Shown: piece after piece, positions 51,241 through 63,553 of the stretch | How positions within the stretch are numbered: the first letter of the stretch is position 1 | How the letters are laid out: every line of letters starts with the position of its first letter | Origin: Oopsacas minuta | Taxonomy: Eukaryota; Animalia; Porifera | Assembly (NCBI GenBank): GCA_024704765.1 | Contig: JAKMXF010000344.1 | Span: forward strand, 1-64,000 | Direction: 5' to 3' | DNA length: 64,000 bases | Program-made: the position numbers and the translations under genes | The notes under the pieces: generated by a model | Told to the model about the DNA's origin: nothing | Databases searched by the model: none | Seen by the model: only the letters and a program-made list of their open reading frames with translations

Positions 51241-51725
51241 CTTAAGTCGCCGCTTATAAAATGGCATACAAAGAGGTATTCAATGTAATAACTATAAATT
51301 TATAATATAAATAAGTTACACCATGTACAATAATTATCCCTCTTACGACACCGAACTCAAAAAGGGAGAGGAAGGTAATTGAACTTCAGCATCGGCTGAG
51401 CGTTCGTCATTCGCTGAATGAATATAAAATGTCTCCAATCAGGACTATTGATATGAGCGAACTATATATATCTATATTTATCAAGCCAATAAAGTTGCAA
51501 AAGAATAAACAAGTTATAATATATCGAAGTGGAATTTTGATATAGAGTCAAATTAATGAATATTAAAATATAAACATATTTAGTAAATATGGATTTTATC
51601 TGACATTAATATTTGGAACCAAAATCCTGTACATATGGTTAATAATTAGTTCATTTGGAACTTTGGACCAGGGATAATACCCATAACATACGTTTGCTAT
51701 TGCCGAATAGGGAATTGTTCTAAAG

Positions 51726-53797
51726 CAGTGGTTCTGAAACTTTTTAGTCCTGCATACTCCTTTGTCCCTGGATGAAATGCCACGTACCCCTAGTTAATTA
51801 GTCTGTCAGTTTATATTATATCTTGTTAATTTCCAAATCTAAGCGATAAACAAACATCTAGAATCTAATCAAACTAAGCTATAAATATACCTGGTAAAAT
51901 TAATGTGAACACTGCTGTTGTCCCTCTGCAACTAATAGATCTATCCTAGGCGATGTATTTGAGAGAGCCACACGCATGTTATGTGTGACATTTATCTTGT
52001 AACTCGCATTGGTCTTTATTGTTACGAGCACAGAAAAGCCTGACTCGCAGAGATATGTTGCAACAAACGGAACTATAACCTGAAATGCTCGTTTCACTAA
52101 TGTGGGATACGCCTGCATCATTTTGCACCAGAATTCATCGGGTTCCATTGTTTCAAAATCCTTAAGAAGCTTCTGATTATTACGTATGTCAGTTCGCTTA
52201 TCTTTCGCCAAATCATTATTGAAAATTTGTTTGAGACTTACTGAGAATGGGAACCTCACCCAAGAGTCGAATGCAGATAGGCTATCCCCAAATATCCTTC
52301 GAAATTGAATCTTAAAGTTTCAAGATGTGCAATAACACTTGTTTGAATACTTTGTCTCATTGTATGATCTGGATTAGATGTAATCTCGTACAAGAGAGGA
52401 AAATTCGTAAAACTACCAGTAAGACTCCTCGTCTCAAAGAGTCAGTTTTTCTTGGAATGATTTTATCTTTTCGTCCGCTTCCAAAATCGTTACACCTCTT
52501 CCTTCGAGTGATATATTCAATGAATTCAATATGCCGAAAATGTCAGCAAGATATGCCAGAGAAATGAAAAAAAATCGGGATCCTCGAAATACAGGAGAAA
52601 ATCTAATTTTTTTCGCGTAAGTGCATCTCTATCGATTCACGAAGCTCAAAAATCCTTGCCAAACCTTTCCTCTGGAGAGCCCGCGTACTTCTGTATGTAA
52701 CAAAATAACTTTGTGTTCAGAATTCACCTCTTGACACATCGTTTTGAACACACAGTGACTTAATGTTCTGACCCTGATAAAGTTGACAACTTTAGTCACA
52801 ATCTCTCAAACCGATTTAAGACAACTAGGAAGTGTTTTTGAAGCTAGTGCATGCTGATGAAGAATGCAGTGACTCGAAACTACATTCGAGTTAATCCTTT
52901 TGACAAGGGAAGTGAAGCCAGATCTCTTTCCTAACATAACTGGAGCACCATCAGTACAAATAAACCCCACACAGTCCCACGAAAGAGTGTTAGAATACAA
53001 AAATTCATTCATAATAGTAAATACATCCCACTGCTTTTGTTGTTTAAGCTGATCACAAAAAGAAATTCACCTTTAATACCGTTCTGATACACATATCGGA
53101 CATATATGATAAGTTGAGCACAATTTGAGACGTCAGTTGTTTCATCCAACTGCAAAAGCTAATTTTCCGGGCTTGCTTTGATTTGCTCCACTACTTGTCT
53201 GATGCTCTCTAGTGACATGTCTCTAATTCGGCCATGAATCGTATAATTCGTAAGAATCTGCGCAATTTTTTGTCTTGCATCATTACCACACACCAACTCT
53301 ACCATCTCAATAGCACATGGTTTTATTAGAGTCTCTGCAATAGTATGCGGCTTCTTCTCCTTTGCAATTCTTAATGCCACCCAAAAACTTCCCTTTAGCT
53401 ATTGCTTATTTTTGGGACATATCCATAAACGTCGAGTGTGCCACTTAATCCGAACCTTGTAAGTCCTCAGCGTTTTCGGTATGGAGAGCTCGAAGGTGTT
53501 CTTGAATCTTTAGACAGTTTCATCAAGCCATTACTAGATATTTTCTAGCAAAGTAGGCACTGTGGTTTCTGAATATCATCGTTGTCTACAATGAATGTGA
53601 AACTGTATCCTATATTTGAATCTTTGTAAGAGCGTTCTTTGACATGATAAATCTAAGGAATTTTATTTAGAAGAGTTTAGACAATATACAATCAAGGAAG
53701 TAAAATCAATGACTCAAATATATATGTATCTCAGGTACCCCTGGGACAGGTCTCGGTACCCCTTAGGGGTACGTGTACCTCCGGTTATGAACCACTG
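51726..53797 (-). mobile_element. hAT Buster/ZBED5-like transposon, decayed and internally deleted
   Basis: TSD TTCTAAAG / TCCTAAAG (7/8); TIR CAGTGGTTC / GAACCACTG; ORF pieces KPHTIAETLIKP, CTDGAP, HCILH, YLCESGFS. Confidence 0.9.
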
Positions 53798-54359
53798 TCC
53801 TAAAGGTAATTGCAAACTGGACGGTATGAATAAGATATCCATTAAATTGGACGACAACTATAGCAAACGAAAAACTCTCTTTCCTAAAATTACTTTTTGA
53901 AAGAAATTGTTATATTCCCTTACATTGGCTATCCTTAAAGAAATATTTCAATAATTTAGGTTAATGTTGTGTTAATGGATCATTTGCGCATAATTAACAT
54001 TAAACCGCCAATAAAAATGTCCCAATGTTGGCTGTTCTAAATCAGATTAGTGCATCCCTACTCACTTTAGGTAGTTAGGATGATAGAAAGATATATAATA
54101 TATTTCTTCATTATTTATAATACACTCCAAATATATAGATACTCTAATAGTACACTCCAAATACACACATATATATGTTTTAGTTATTTTAAGAAACTAA
54201 AAAATTTGTTCTACCTGTAACATAACTGTACAAACAGTTGTTCAAAATTGTTTATTCGTTCAATTTGTTATTTTTGGTCCTGCTATCAAATCTAGAGATA
54301 ATTTCCTTAAGTATAAATATTACATAACACAACTATTGAATCAAATTACCTGAAATTCA

Positions 54360-55968
54360 CTTTCTTGTAAAATGAATTCTTCTGTTTTAGAGAAAATACT
54401 GTGTCATTGGGGTGATACTAAGATTTCTAGAAAATATGGAATCGACATTAATAATTGTCGTGGCCAATCATATGATAATGCATCAAATATGAGTGGGAAA
54501 TATAGAGGTGTGTAAACTATCATCAAACAACAGAGTCAATATACGACATTTATACCATGTGCAGCTCATTCCCTCAATCTTGTGGGAAAAAGTTCCGCTG
54601 AATGTAGCCCAGTGATTGTAAGATTCTTTGACATTATACAAAAGTTTTACACTTTCTCTCAGCATCTAACGTATCGATGGCGACTTCTTAATGAAAAACT
54701 TAAGCCCATAGGCTTGTCTGTAGTCAAGCGGCTTTCTGATACTCGGTGGTCCGAAAGATATGAAGCAGTGGAAGCCTGCACAAAGGATATAATATTTATG
54801 TGAGTTTTACTATCTTTGGCGTCGGATATTGAACAGAAGGTTGACTGTCGAAATGAAGCAAGTTTGATGCTTAAAAAACTTGGAATTAGATTCCGTCATT
54901 CTTCTTGTATTTGGGAAACAGTTTTAGAGCGCTTCCATCAAACTAATCTCTCCTTTCAGTCAAGCACTTTAAATCTCAATGTCATGGTATCGTTACTCGA
55001 GTCCCTTGTTGGATTTATTAAAACTCTGAGAACCGAATTTGAACATTTTCATAAGCGGGGTATTATTTGAGTGGACATGACCAGTACAACTCAGTCCTTA
55101 AGCGAGTAAGAGTACCCAACCGTCGTTATTTTGATGTAGATGACGGAAATGAAGATCGCAATATGTCGCCAATGGATAAGTTCAGACAAGACGTGTTTCA
55201 AGTTATCAATGATCAGTTGATAAGTGACTTGAAATATCACCTTGAGGCATATAAAGAAATCAGCTATAACTTCGGATTCTTGTGTAAACTACCATCTCTC
55301 TCTAATCAAATGATCAAACAAGCTGTAGGAAATAATACATGCTCATATCCCAACGATCTGGAACCTACAATTGAGAGTAAGCTTATTCAATTTTCCATCT
55401 TGATCAGATCTTTCGGTAGAGCTCCAAACAAATGAAAAAACGAAGTCAGCAGAGCTGAACATGTATGAATTCCTTGACACACAAAACCCCACGCAAACGT
55501 TTCCCAACATAGAATTAGCTCTTCGAATATATTTATCTCTGATGGCATCAAATTGTAGTGGTGAGAGGTCTTTTTCGAAACTGAAACGTATCAAAAATGA
55601 GCTCAGAAATAGAATTGGACAAGATCGACTTAATAGTCTATCACATTAGTATTGAGAGTGATGTACTGAGACAACTAGACTTTTCACAGATAATTATGGA
55701 TTTTAGTCATCTGAAGAGTAGGAAAAGGCCTATATAATGTCACTCTAATGATTATTTTCTTCTGTAAGTAATACATGAATATTTAATAATAATTTTGAAT
55801 ATACGTACAATAATTTTTATAGCACAAGAGATTAATGGTAATGAATAATAATACAATGATGATCCCAAAGGAGCCTGTAGAAGTATATTCTGGGTGTCCC
55901 TAAATAAATTCCTAAAGGCACGTGGTTGATGTCCGCCCGGGGCCCAATATACCCATATTCGGTCTCTG
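54360..55968 (+). mobile_element. hAT (ZMYM1-like) 3' half
   Basis: SYDNASNMSGKY, CAAHSLNLVG, LSDTRWS, FPNIELALRIYLSLMASNCSGERSFSKLKRIKN; right TIR ...CCCATATTCGGTCTCTG. Confidence 0.85.
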
Positions 55969-56470
55969 AACACAAGGAGAACTTAATACATGCCTTAGTG
56001 TTAGTAGATAGTTTTTCACTCTCCCAAAGCATTGCATCACAAAAATTACAGCAAAAGGACATGTACAGAATGAATGTTCAGTTATGGTGGTATTGCTAAT
56101 CTCACATATAAATTGCGATTGAGATAGGTTAAGAAATCTCTTAGAAGTTAATGACTTACTTTTAGCATATAAGTCAACCCGAGACTTCAGTCGGGCATTG
56201 TATTTGTGCTCAGACTCTTTGTTTCTGAGATTATAATAACTGGCACGGCAATGCTCTGCGCTCAACGAACCTATACACAGATGCACTTTCTCTGAGATTA
56301 GTTTGAAGAGATCGCTGGTAATTTAAGGGCTGAGAGGTCTCGTAATCAGATTGGGAAGCTCTCTAGATACCTTGTCGGTCTCTTAGTTTTTAAAGACGCT
56401 CTAATCTTTCTTCCTGAGATTCGTTTTGGCGAAGTAAACGCCTCGCTCAACTTCAGACATAGTTGGTTTA
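55969..56470 (-). pseudogene. Helitron RepHel N-terminal fragment, interrupted by the adjacent hAT
   Basis: ESQEERLERL-type repeat region, then MSFCCNFCDAMLWESEKL...KFSLC (CxxCxAxxWxxE...FSxCC Zn motif), which stops exactly at the hAT end. Confidence 0.7.
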
Positions 56471-56839
56471 AGGCCAGGATAATCCTAGCCCTTTTTCATG
56501 TAGTATTCCAATATCTATTACAAATATCACATATATAGTAATTAATTAATCATTAATTAATTACGCCTACAGGGTATTCACTTTAGAATTGAAAACAATA
56601 ACGGGACTCTATTCAGTAAACTCAGTTGTTACATAAAATTTCTACTGTTATCTGAAACAAAAATTCACGTGATAAATATTCTTTCGCGCGGCCTTTACTA
56701 AATAGATTGTTAAAATTTGAATAGACAATAATAAACATAATGTATTATCCATTATGCCGTTGGGAACCTCTCTAAACAGACTATGGCTTCAATGATTTAT
56801 TTACTCAATATTCATAAAAACAACAATAAATTTACATTT

Positions 56840-57180
56840 AAGAGACCTGAAAACGCGAATTGGATTCAGCGTACGTAGTGAACCCTGTGTAGCCGTTTAT
56901 AGCAAGACTGTACGCAAATGATTAGATTTGGATAATATGTATACTTTATATTCATAAAACAAATTGACATATGATTAATGTGACAATCGGATTCAGCATG
57001 CTCGATATATTTAGTTAAGTTTTATTGAATCATATTTACTTCCTTTATTAAGAAGATTAATACATAGTTTTGCCATGATTTCATAATTTCATACCATGAA
57101 TCATTCCTAGAAACGGACAAACAAACAAACAAACAGACAGTCAGACAGACAAACAACAATTGCGATTAAATAATATCGAT
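56840..57180 (+). mobile_element. Helentron-associated (HINE/DINE-1-like) non-autonomous element with (ACAA)n(ACAG)n microsatellite
   Basis: AATCGGATTCAGCATGCTCGATATATTT motif (inverted copy at ~30617-30645), followed by a CAAA/CAGA microsatellite at ~57115-57155. Confidence 0.55.
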
Positions 57181-59654
57181 TGTGCCTGCTCATAAGTGGG
57201 ACTGTAATTCTACTTGGACAATTATAATGGATAGTATATGTTAAATAAATAGAAAAACCCATTATACTTAGAAGAACGAGAACAATAATTAAAATGAATT
57301 TCTAACTATATAGTATAAACATAACGGCAAACTACGTCACATAGGTTGCTCCAAACTATACTTCCAGCAAACTCGGTTGCTGGTTAGAAACACCCATATA
57401 GAAATATCCCCTTCCAAACGGGTCATGAGTGTCAAAAATACACAAAACGACATCCAAGCAGGCAGTTCACTAATCCATTGTAAATCCCCACTCCAACAAG
57501 CAAGGAGTGCCACCAAGCAACCCATATATGTAATATGATTTTTCAATTGTCGAATAAGAGTAATTATTCTACTGTCTAAAGCTGCTACATATGTAATGCG
57601 CCTGAGCTGAGTAATTTGAATATATGCAAGTTATACAATGGACTCATGAGTTTAGGATTATGAATGTGGTATTCACTTGTTATGCTAGAAAAGGATTAAT
57701 GAATATGTAGCTGGTATGATCGTAATTTAGTGTACCTACGAGTCACTGAAAATTTGAATCATTATTGGGAACAATTTTATAGTGAAGGCAATTCTTGTCA
57801 GACAATTCCCTGAATGTGGGGAAGTATTCCCTAAATTTCTCGAGCTTATGAATTCTGAAATTTTTTGGTCGCTCGCTACTTTTGCTTGTACTTTTGAATT
57901 TTCAATTGAAAGAGCAAAATGCAGGCTTATGTAACATCCAATTGAACCCTATACTTTCATTTGGTTACTCCACTTATCCTAATTCTCAACAAAATGTTCC
58001 TGAAACTCCATGGTAGTATAAATTAGCTAGCTATACTGTTCATATAAGCGATTTCATCAAAGAATTGACAAAAACATGTTTAATGCTTCTTAGTATAGGC
58101 ATGGTAAGTATAAGCTAAACAGACTTCGAGATTATAGAGGTCAACATTCTTTTATGGAGCTAGCATCCAGACCACGCACCTTCTTAAGGCATTTTGAGTA
58201 TAATTTGGGATTCCAATTTTCTGGCCATACTAGACTATATTTGAAACAGCAGGAATTTCCCTTGTTAGGGGTAGATCATAGAATCAGTGGTTATGTCGAG
58301 GGTACCAAATTTTAGTTCAAATATTCCCTACATCCATATACAGTATAACTTTCGTCAGTACGAAAACGCTTGATGCGATGACTAAACATTTAATAAGCTT
58401 AACAGGCTAACTACATGCTAAATAAATAAAGACCCCTACAATGATTTTCAATTGATATTGCTCCGGTTAAGTACGCAATCAGTATTATACTTACAAATCG
58501 AAGGTCCCTTCGTGTACCTATTAAAAGGTGGCTCTATGATACAGTGGAACTTCGTCAATTTTCCGAACAATAAAGTACTGTAAAATTTGTTCGTCCGATC
58601 CCGTGATTGATCAACCCGACCAATGCAAATTTATGAACTATAGGGACCCGATTATGCGCATTATTGTTCTACAAATATGGAAATTAGCATAAACATTGTT
58701 GCATTAACTAAGTTACGCTATAACACTATTTCAAATATCACTATATACGATCATAGCATTCTATACATAAACCTGGTACTGATTAGAAGTTTTGGACCAG
58801 GGACCGCGATATACATATAAATATACTCTTATAGGTAATTCCATTCTTTTCGCTAATTAATTAATTGTATACTCTGACCTGATAAATGTTTTATTGCTTT
58901 GTACTATTACCAACAATCCACGATCAAACATTTTTTGGGTCGAATGATTACGTAATAATGAAGTCATATGATTACTTAATTACCGCTTTGCTCTCGACAA
59001 TGGGCAAACATTGAAGCTCTGAATCGTTAATATATGCCACTTTGAATTCCAGAATATATATTAAGTAATCTTGTGTGTTTTCCACACAAAACATATTAGT
59101 ATTGTCATGATAAATTTCGCGCGTTCTAGAGTTATAGTAGTGACCATGGATGCCATTTCCTGTCCTTATGCATCCATTACTCGGCATCATTTATTGTTAT
59201 AGCCAAATAATCATCTGCTAAGTTGTATAATAGGCGTATAACGTAAAATACATATTATACGTATAAATGTTATACGTGATCTATTTAATCGTAATCGCAT
59301 TAGATGTTTACGATAACTTTGAAATATGAGATTTTGACATTGTGAGACTTTTTATGTCACATTATTATCAAGTATTATATAATTTGGTCAACTATGCTGA
59401 GATTTCTCATTAACACTTAGAGAGCTACTATTTTGATGAAGAAATTTACTTCAGAAATCAGCCTTTTATATCACGTCTCTAAAAATTGTAGATTGAACGT
59501 ATAATATGTATAGGGTATACGTGTTCATTGAAAGACGTTTCAACAATTTAGATTCTTTCAATCTATAGTTTATACTCGATTTTCTATACAATTGGAATAC
59601 ATTTTGGCATGTTATATAATCACTTTATGAAGTAATCATCAATATTAACATATA

Positions 59655-61995
59655 CAGTATGTCCTCTCTAATAGTCCACCTCCTTTATAGTCCAAATCCC
59701 CTAATAGTCTAGCAGATACCCAAAACCCATTTGTATTTGTAGGTGTAAACAATGTTACATAAGTGTACAGAGTGCACTGCAGTGCTGGCAGCTGCTTGTT
59801 AAAACAGGCACTATTTAGAATCTGGCAGCTGCTTGTTAAAACCTGCACTGCTGACAGCTGCTAGCCTGTTTTAGTTCTAGCTCAGTTTTCTAGCTCAGTT
59901 TTTTAGCAATGGCTCCTGGTCGAAAGCAACCTATTCACCTAAGAGGTGCTTCAACAAGAAAAGGCAAGAAATACACCACAGCTCAGCTTGCTGCAAAGAA
60001 GCAAAGGGTTGAGCTTACACTGAAGCAGAAATGTGATGTGATTGATCAAGCACTAAAAAGTGGCTTTCAACCCAACTCTGTAGAATCCACCTTGGTCCGA
60101 GTTAACCAGACTATGCTTGCAAAACAGTATAATGTCACTGTAAAGACGATAAACCGAGTTTTGTGGAGTGCAAAGAAGCTCAAGCAACAACTTCTTACGA
60201 CATCTGGTGATCTTCGACGTAATCGTGAGATCAAGTATAGGGCTATAGAAGAAAAAGTAGTAGCATTTGTTTCTCTTCTTCGTAACAGACGCAAACCTAT
60301 GCTTATTTCTTTGAGTATTATAAAGGTGTATGCTGAACAAGTGGCCAAATCCCTTGGTGAACATGAGTTTAAAGCATCAAATGGTTGGTGGCAAAAGCTG
60401 ATGAAAAGAAACAGCATAGGAAAGAGTGTTCGCCTGCATGGGGAAGCAGGCGACGTAAACCCAGAAGATATTAAAGAGAGGATCCAGGAAATTAAAAAAA
60501 TGCTAGAGGAGTATGACCCAGAGCTTATATACAACTGGGATGAAACTGGCTTGTACTTTAGATTGATTCCTAGTGCAACGTATACTGCACCAAATGAACA
60601 GCGACGACGTACACGGGGAACTAAAGCTCAAAAAGCAAAGGATCGTGTCACCCTTATCACGTGCACTAATGCAATAGGCACACACAAGATTCCTCTTGCT
60701 ATGATTGGGAAGGCAGCCCAGCCTCGTTGCTTTCGAACATGTCCATCTCCTTTGCCATACAACTCGCAGAAGAATGCATGGAATGATCATGTACTGACTA
60801 AATGGTGGTTCCATGATGTCTTTCTGCCAGCAATTCGAAAGAGGACATCCAGACCAGTCATTCTGATAGCTGACAACTTTGGTTCCCATGATGAAACTGA
60901 TGCTGCTCTTCAAGACCCACAGGTCAAGTGGGTTTTGCTACCACCAAACTGTACATCAGTCCATCAACCTATGGATCAGGGCATTATCGCTGCACTTAAG
61001 AGGAAGTACAAGTCCAACATGCTACATTCAATGGTTAAAAACCTTGAAAGGTATGATGAATTGCGAGCAATTGGAGCCTCCATTACAGCAGGAGTTAGAG
61101 GGCTAAATCATGCTTACCCACCGAACCTCTTAGATGCTGCAACAATAGCGCACGAGGTGTGGGAATCAATGAACCAGTCAACTCTACTAAATTGCTGGTT
61201 GAAAGCAGACATTCTGCCTACATGTCATGTAGAGGGTCTTGAGACTTATCGTCGACCATTGAGTCTGCCAGCTGTTGAAGAGTTAAGCAGTTTGTTGCAG
61301 CATGCAACTATCAGCAGTCAACCCTCGAGCCAGGATGACAATGATCAACCTCCTCCTGCAATAGGGAGAGAGCATTTCATTGGAGAGTTTGTTGCTCTTC
61401 AATGGCAAGCTAAAAATGATCCTGCAGGTCTCGTTGATGTACTAAATGACTGGTTTGATATCGAAGATGGTGATCTTGTTAAACAAGATGAAGTTCAAAT
61501 GGCACTTGAACGAGAAGATGTGCAACCCACTGCAGGAAACGATGGTGCAACTGAAACTTCAATGGAGATAGATCCTAGTAGCGTGGACATACCGCCAGAT
61601 CCATTAAGTGCAGATGATGATTCGGATTCTGAAGTACAACCTCTTACTCGAATGAAAGCTCTCAATAGTGTGAACATTACTGAAGGCATTGAAATGGTTG
61701 AGAAGGTTATACAAATAATGTCATCATTAGATGAAGATGAAGCTACTTATATGCTCACAAGGGTGTATCGCAAATGCCTAGACTTGAAAGCTGAGAAAAA
61801 GGACCTAAACTCAAAGCAAACTGTCCTTAGGGAGTATTTTGTTCCACAATTGGACACTTCATGTGATGTATAAATATGTATATACTGCACATTAATTTCG
61901 GTATTTACACATGTTAAACTCTAATAGTCCAATACCTGTAATAGTCCACCTCAACTACCGTTGCCAGTAGGTGGACTATTAGAGAGGACATACTG
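59655..61995 (+). mobile_element. Apparently intact pogo/Tigger transposon (2341 bp)
   Basis: TA TSD; perfect 27-bp TIR CAGTATGTCCTCTCTAATAGTCCACCT; subterminal TAATAGTC repeats; single long ORF. Confidence 0.96.
59909..61873 (+). CDS. pogo/Tigger transposase, 654 aa (HTH + CENP-B-type HTH + DDE_1, DD33D)
   Basis: LTLKQKCDVI, FKASNGWW, YNWDETGL, KDRVTL..CTNA.GTHK.PL..IGK, LIADNFGSH, QPMDQGII; acidic C-terminal extension. Confidence 0.95.
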   Translation: MAPGRKQPIHLRGASTRKGKKYTTAQLAAKKQRVELTLKQKCDVIDQALKSGFQPNSVESTLVRVNQTMLAKQYNVTVKTINRVLWSAKKLKQQLLTTSGDLRRNREIKYRAIEEKVVAFVSLLRNRRKPMLISLSIIKVYAEQVAKSLGEHEFKASNGWWQKLMKRNSIGKSVRLHGEAGDVNPEDIKERIQEIKKMLEEYDPELIYNWDETGLYFRLIPSATYTAPNEQRRRTRGTKAQKAKDRVTLITCTNAIGTHKIPLAMIGKAAQPRCFRTCPSPLPYNSQKNAWNDHVLTKWWFHDVFLPAIRKRTSRPVILIADNFGSHDETDAALQDPQVKWVLLPPNCTSVHQPMDQGIIAALKRKYKSNMLHSMVKNLERYDELRAIGASITAGVRGLNHAYPPNLLDAATIAHEVWESMNQSTLLNCWLKADILPTCHVEGLETYRRPLSLPAVEELSSLLQHATISSQPSSQDDNDQPPPAIGREHFIGEFVALQWQAKNDPAGLVDVLNDWFDIEDGDLVKQDEVQMALEREDVQPTAGNDGATETSMEIDPSSVDIPPDPLSADDDSDSEVQPLTRMKALNSVNITEGIEMVEKVIQIMSSLDEDEATYMLTRVYRKCLDLKAEKKDLNSKQTVLREYFVPQLDTSCDV

Positions 61996-62299
61996 TATAG
62001 GCAACACTAGTTTACATCATAATCAGCAGTGGTAGCATATCAAAATGCATTATAAGGGTATGGGAAATCGGCTATAAACGATACATTGGCATGATTATTT
62101 GGCCATAACATTAACGGTTGTCGAGTTCTGTATCAATATTGACGGAAATGTACCATCCATGGTCACTAATATAACTCTGAAACACGCGAAATTTATCACA
62201 ACAAATTTATATGTTTTGTCTGGAATTTATTCTAGTTCAAGCTTGAAAGATTGACATATCCTAAGGAGTTTTATATCAGGATTTGAGAAAATTGGCAAA

Positions 62300-63553
62300 T
62301 TGTGTTTATTACCACCAAAGTTAGCAAATAGTACCCTAATTATTATTCGGCAAACTTTATCCTATGTAATAATTTTGTCACAAATATCGATTGTAATCTA
62401 AGTATCGCCGGTTTTTCCCCCCATATCTTGTATATATGTCTGGAGCTATTCACTTTTCAATTTGTCTTCAATTGCTCTGTAGGTTAATTTTATTGATATA
62501 TATTTAATTTCGTGAACCAATATATACACGTAAAGTCTGATATATCAGTATTTCAGCCATATGTAATGTACATTCCTTTCTTGATTATTGAAATTAGCAG
62601 TAAAAGCCTTCAAATAAGTTTGCAACCCACAATCTAAGCCTATTGTTCCATAAAGCCTATGTAGAGTAGTTGGGTTGGCAGCTAGAAGAAATCAAATGAG
62701 ATTTTAGAGCTAGCACCATTATAATAACGTTTACAATGGTGCTAGCTCTTCGATTTACAGTAGAAATTTTAGATGAGGTAACAATTCCGAAAATTTCCCT
62801 AGTAAATAATTCGAAGCTTCTATCCTTGAAATCGACTCTCGATTTTGAAATAGCTTGGCTGATGCTTTTTTCAACAGGGTCCTTACTGTATAAAGAAATC
62901 TCGCTAAGGATGCCATCAATTTATCGAATTCCCAGAGATGGTATATTGAGAGAGGAATTTGAATTTTCAAAGAAGCGGTAGGTGTTAAGGTGTCATTAAT
63001 TGAATCATATACAGGTTTAGATATATGTTTGTCGATTAACAGCACGATTTAGTTAACAGACGAATTATCTGAAAACCCATTTATGCAGGAAGAAGGTATT
63101 GCAAAATCTTCAAGTTTAATTTTAGATCTTTTCATGATTTGACGCCAAATTTACTATCTTCAGCTATTTGAAGATCATAGCTCCGTTCTGATGCTTGAAA
63201 GAACAATATATTCTCTATTCTCACACGATCTAAGCGTTTATGTTTGTGAATGGTGTCCTGAGATACTAGGATAACTGGGAAGAATACATTGTATAGCGTT
63301 CTCAGATAGATTGGTGGCCATCAATATTTGTGATGAGCTGTCAAGTTGCTGCATATTTATTTCAGTTACCACATCTTCAGTACGAAAGTGTTTAGGACAA
63401 AAAAACATGTTTTTGGATCTTCAATATCCTCCCTATTCAGAAGGTGGGACCATTTTTCGCTAATTTCAGATTTTGAGGATAATCTGAATACTGATGTTAT
63501 AGATCCCGTGAATTATTACTCCGCAAACCAGATGCAGAACAAGTGTTAGACAT
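62300..63553 (-). pseudogene. THAP-P element 5' part, decayed
   Basis: MSNTCSASG...KWSHLLNRE...CPKHFRTED (THAP) followed by frameshifted P-transposase-like sequence. Confidence 0.65.

Larger units (their letters stand above)
59030..62255. repeat. Older foldback element hosting the Tigger insertion (arms ~59030-59225 / ~62075-62255)
   Basis: GATAAATTTCGCGCGTTCTAGAGTTATAGTAGTGACCATGGATG vs CATCCATGGTCACTAATATAACTCTGAAACACGCGAAATTTATC, and TTATAGCCAAATAATCAT vs ATGATTATTTGGCCATAA. Confidence 0.75.

Noticed and set aside
57330-58300. MULE/SWIM transposase or host gene remnant on the minus strand
   Set aside because: No frame gives a convincing diagnostic motif.
60053-61689. Additional genes overlapping the Tigger ORF (60053-60364, 60067-60534, 60503-60913, 60879-61106, 61495-61689), and similarly 42036-42446
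   Set aside because: Antisense or alternate-frame shadows of long GC-richer transposase ORFs.
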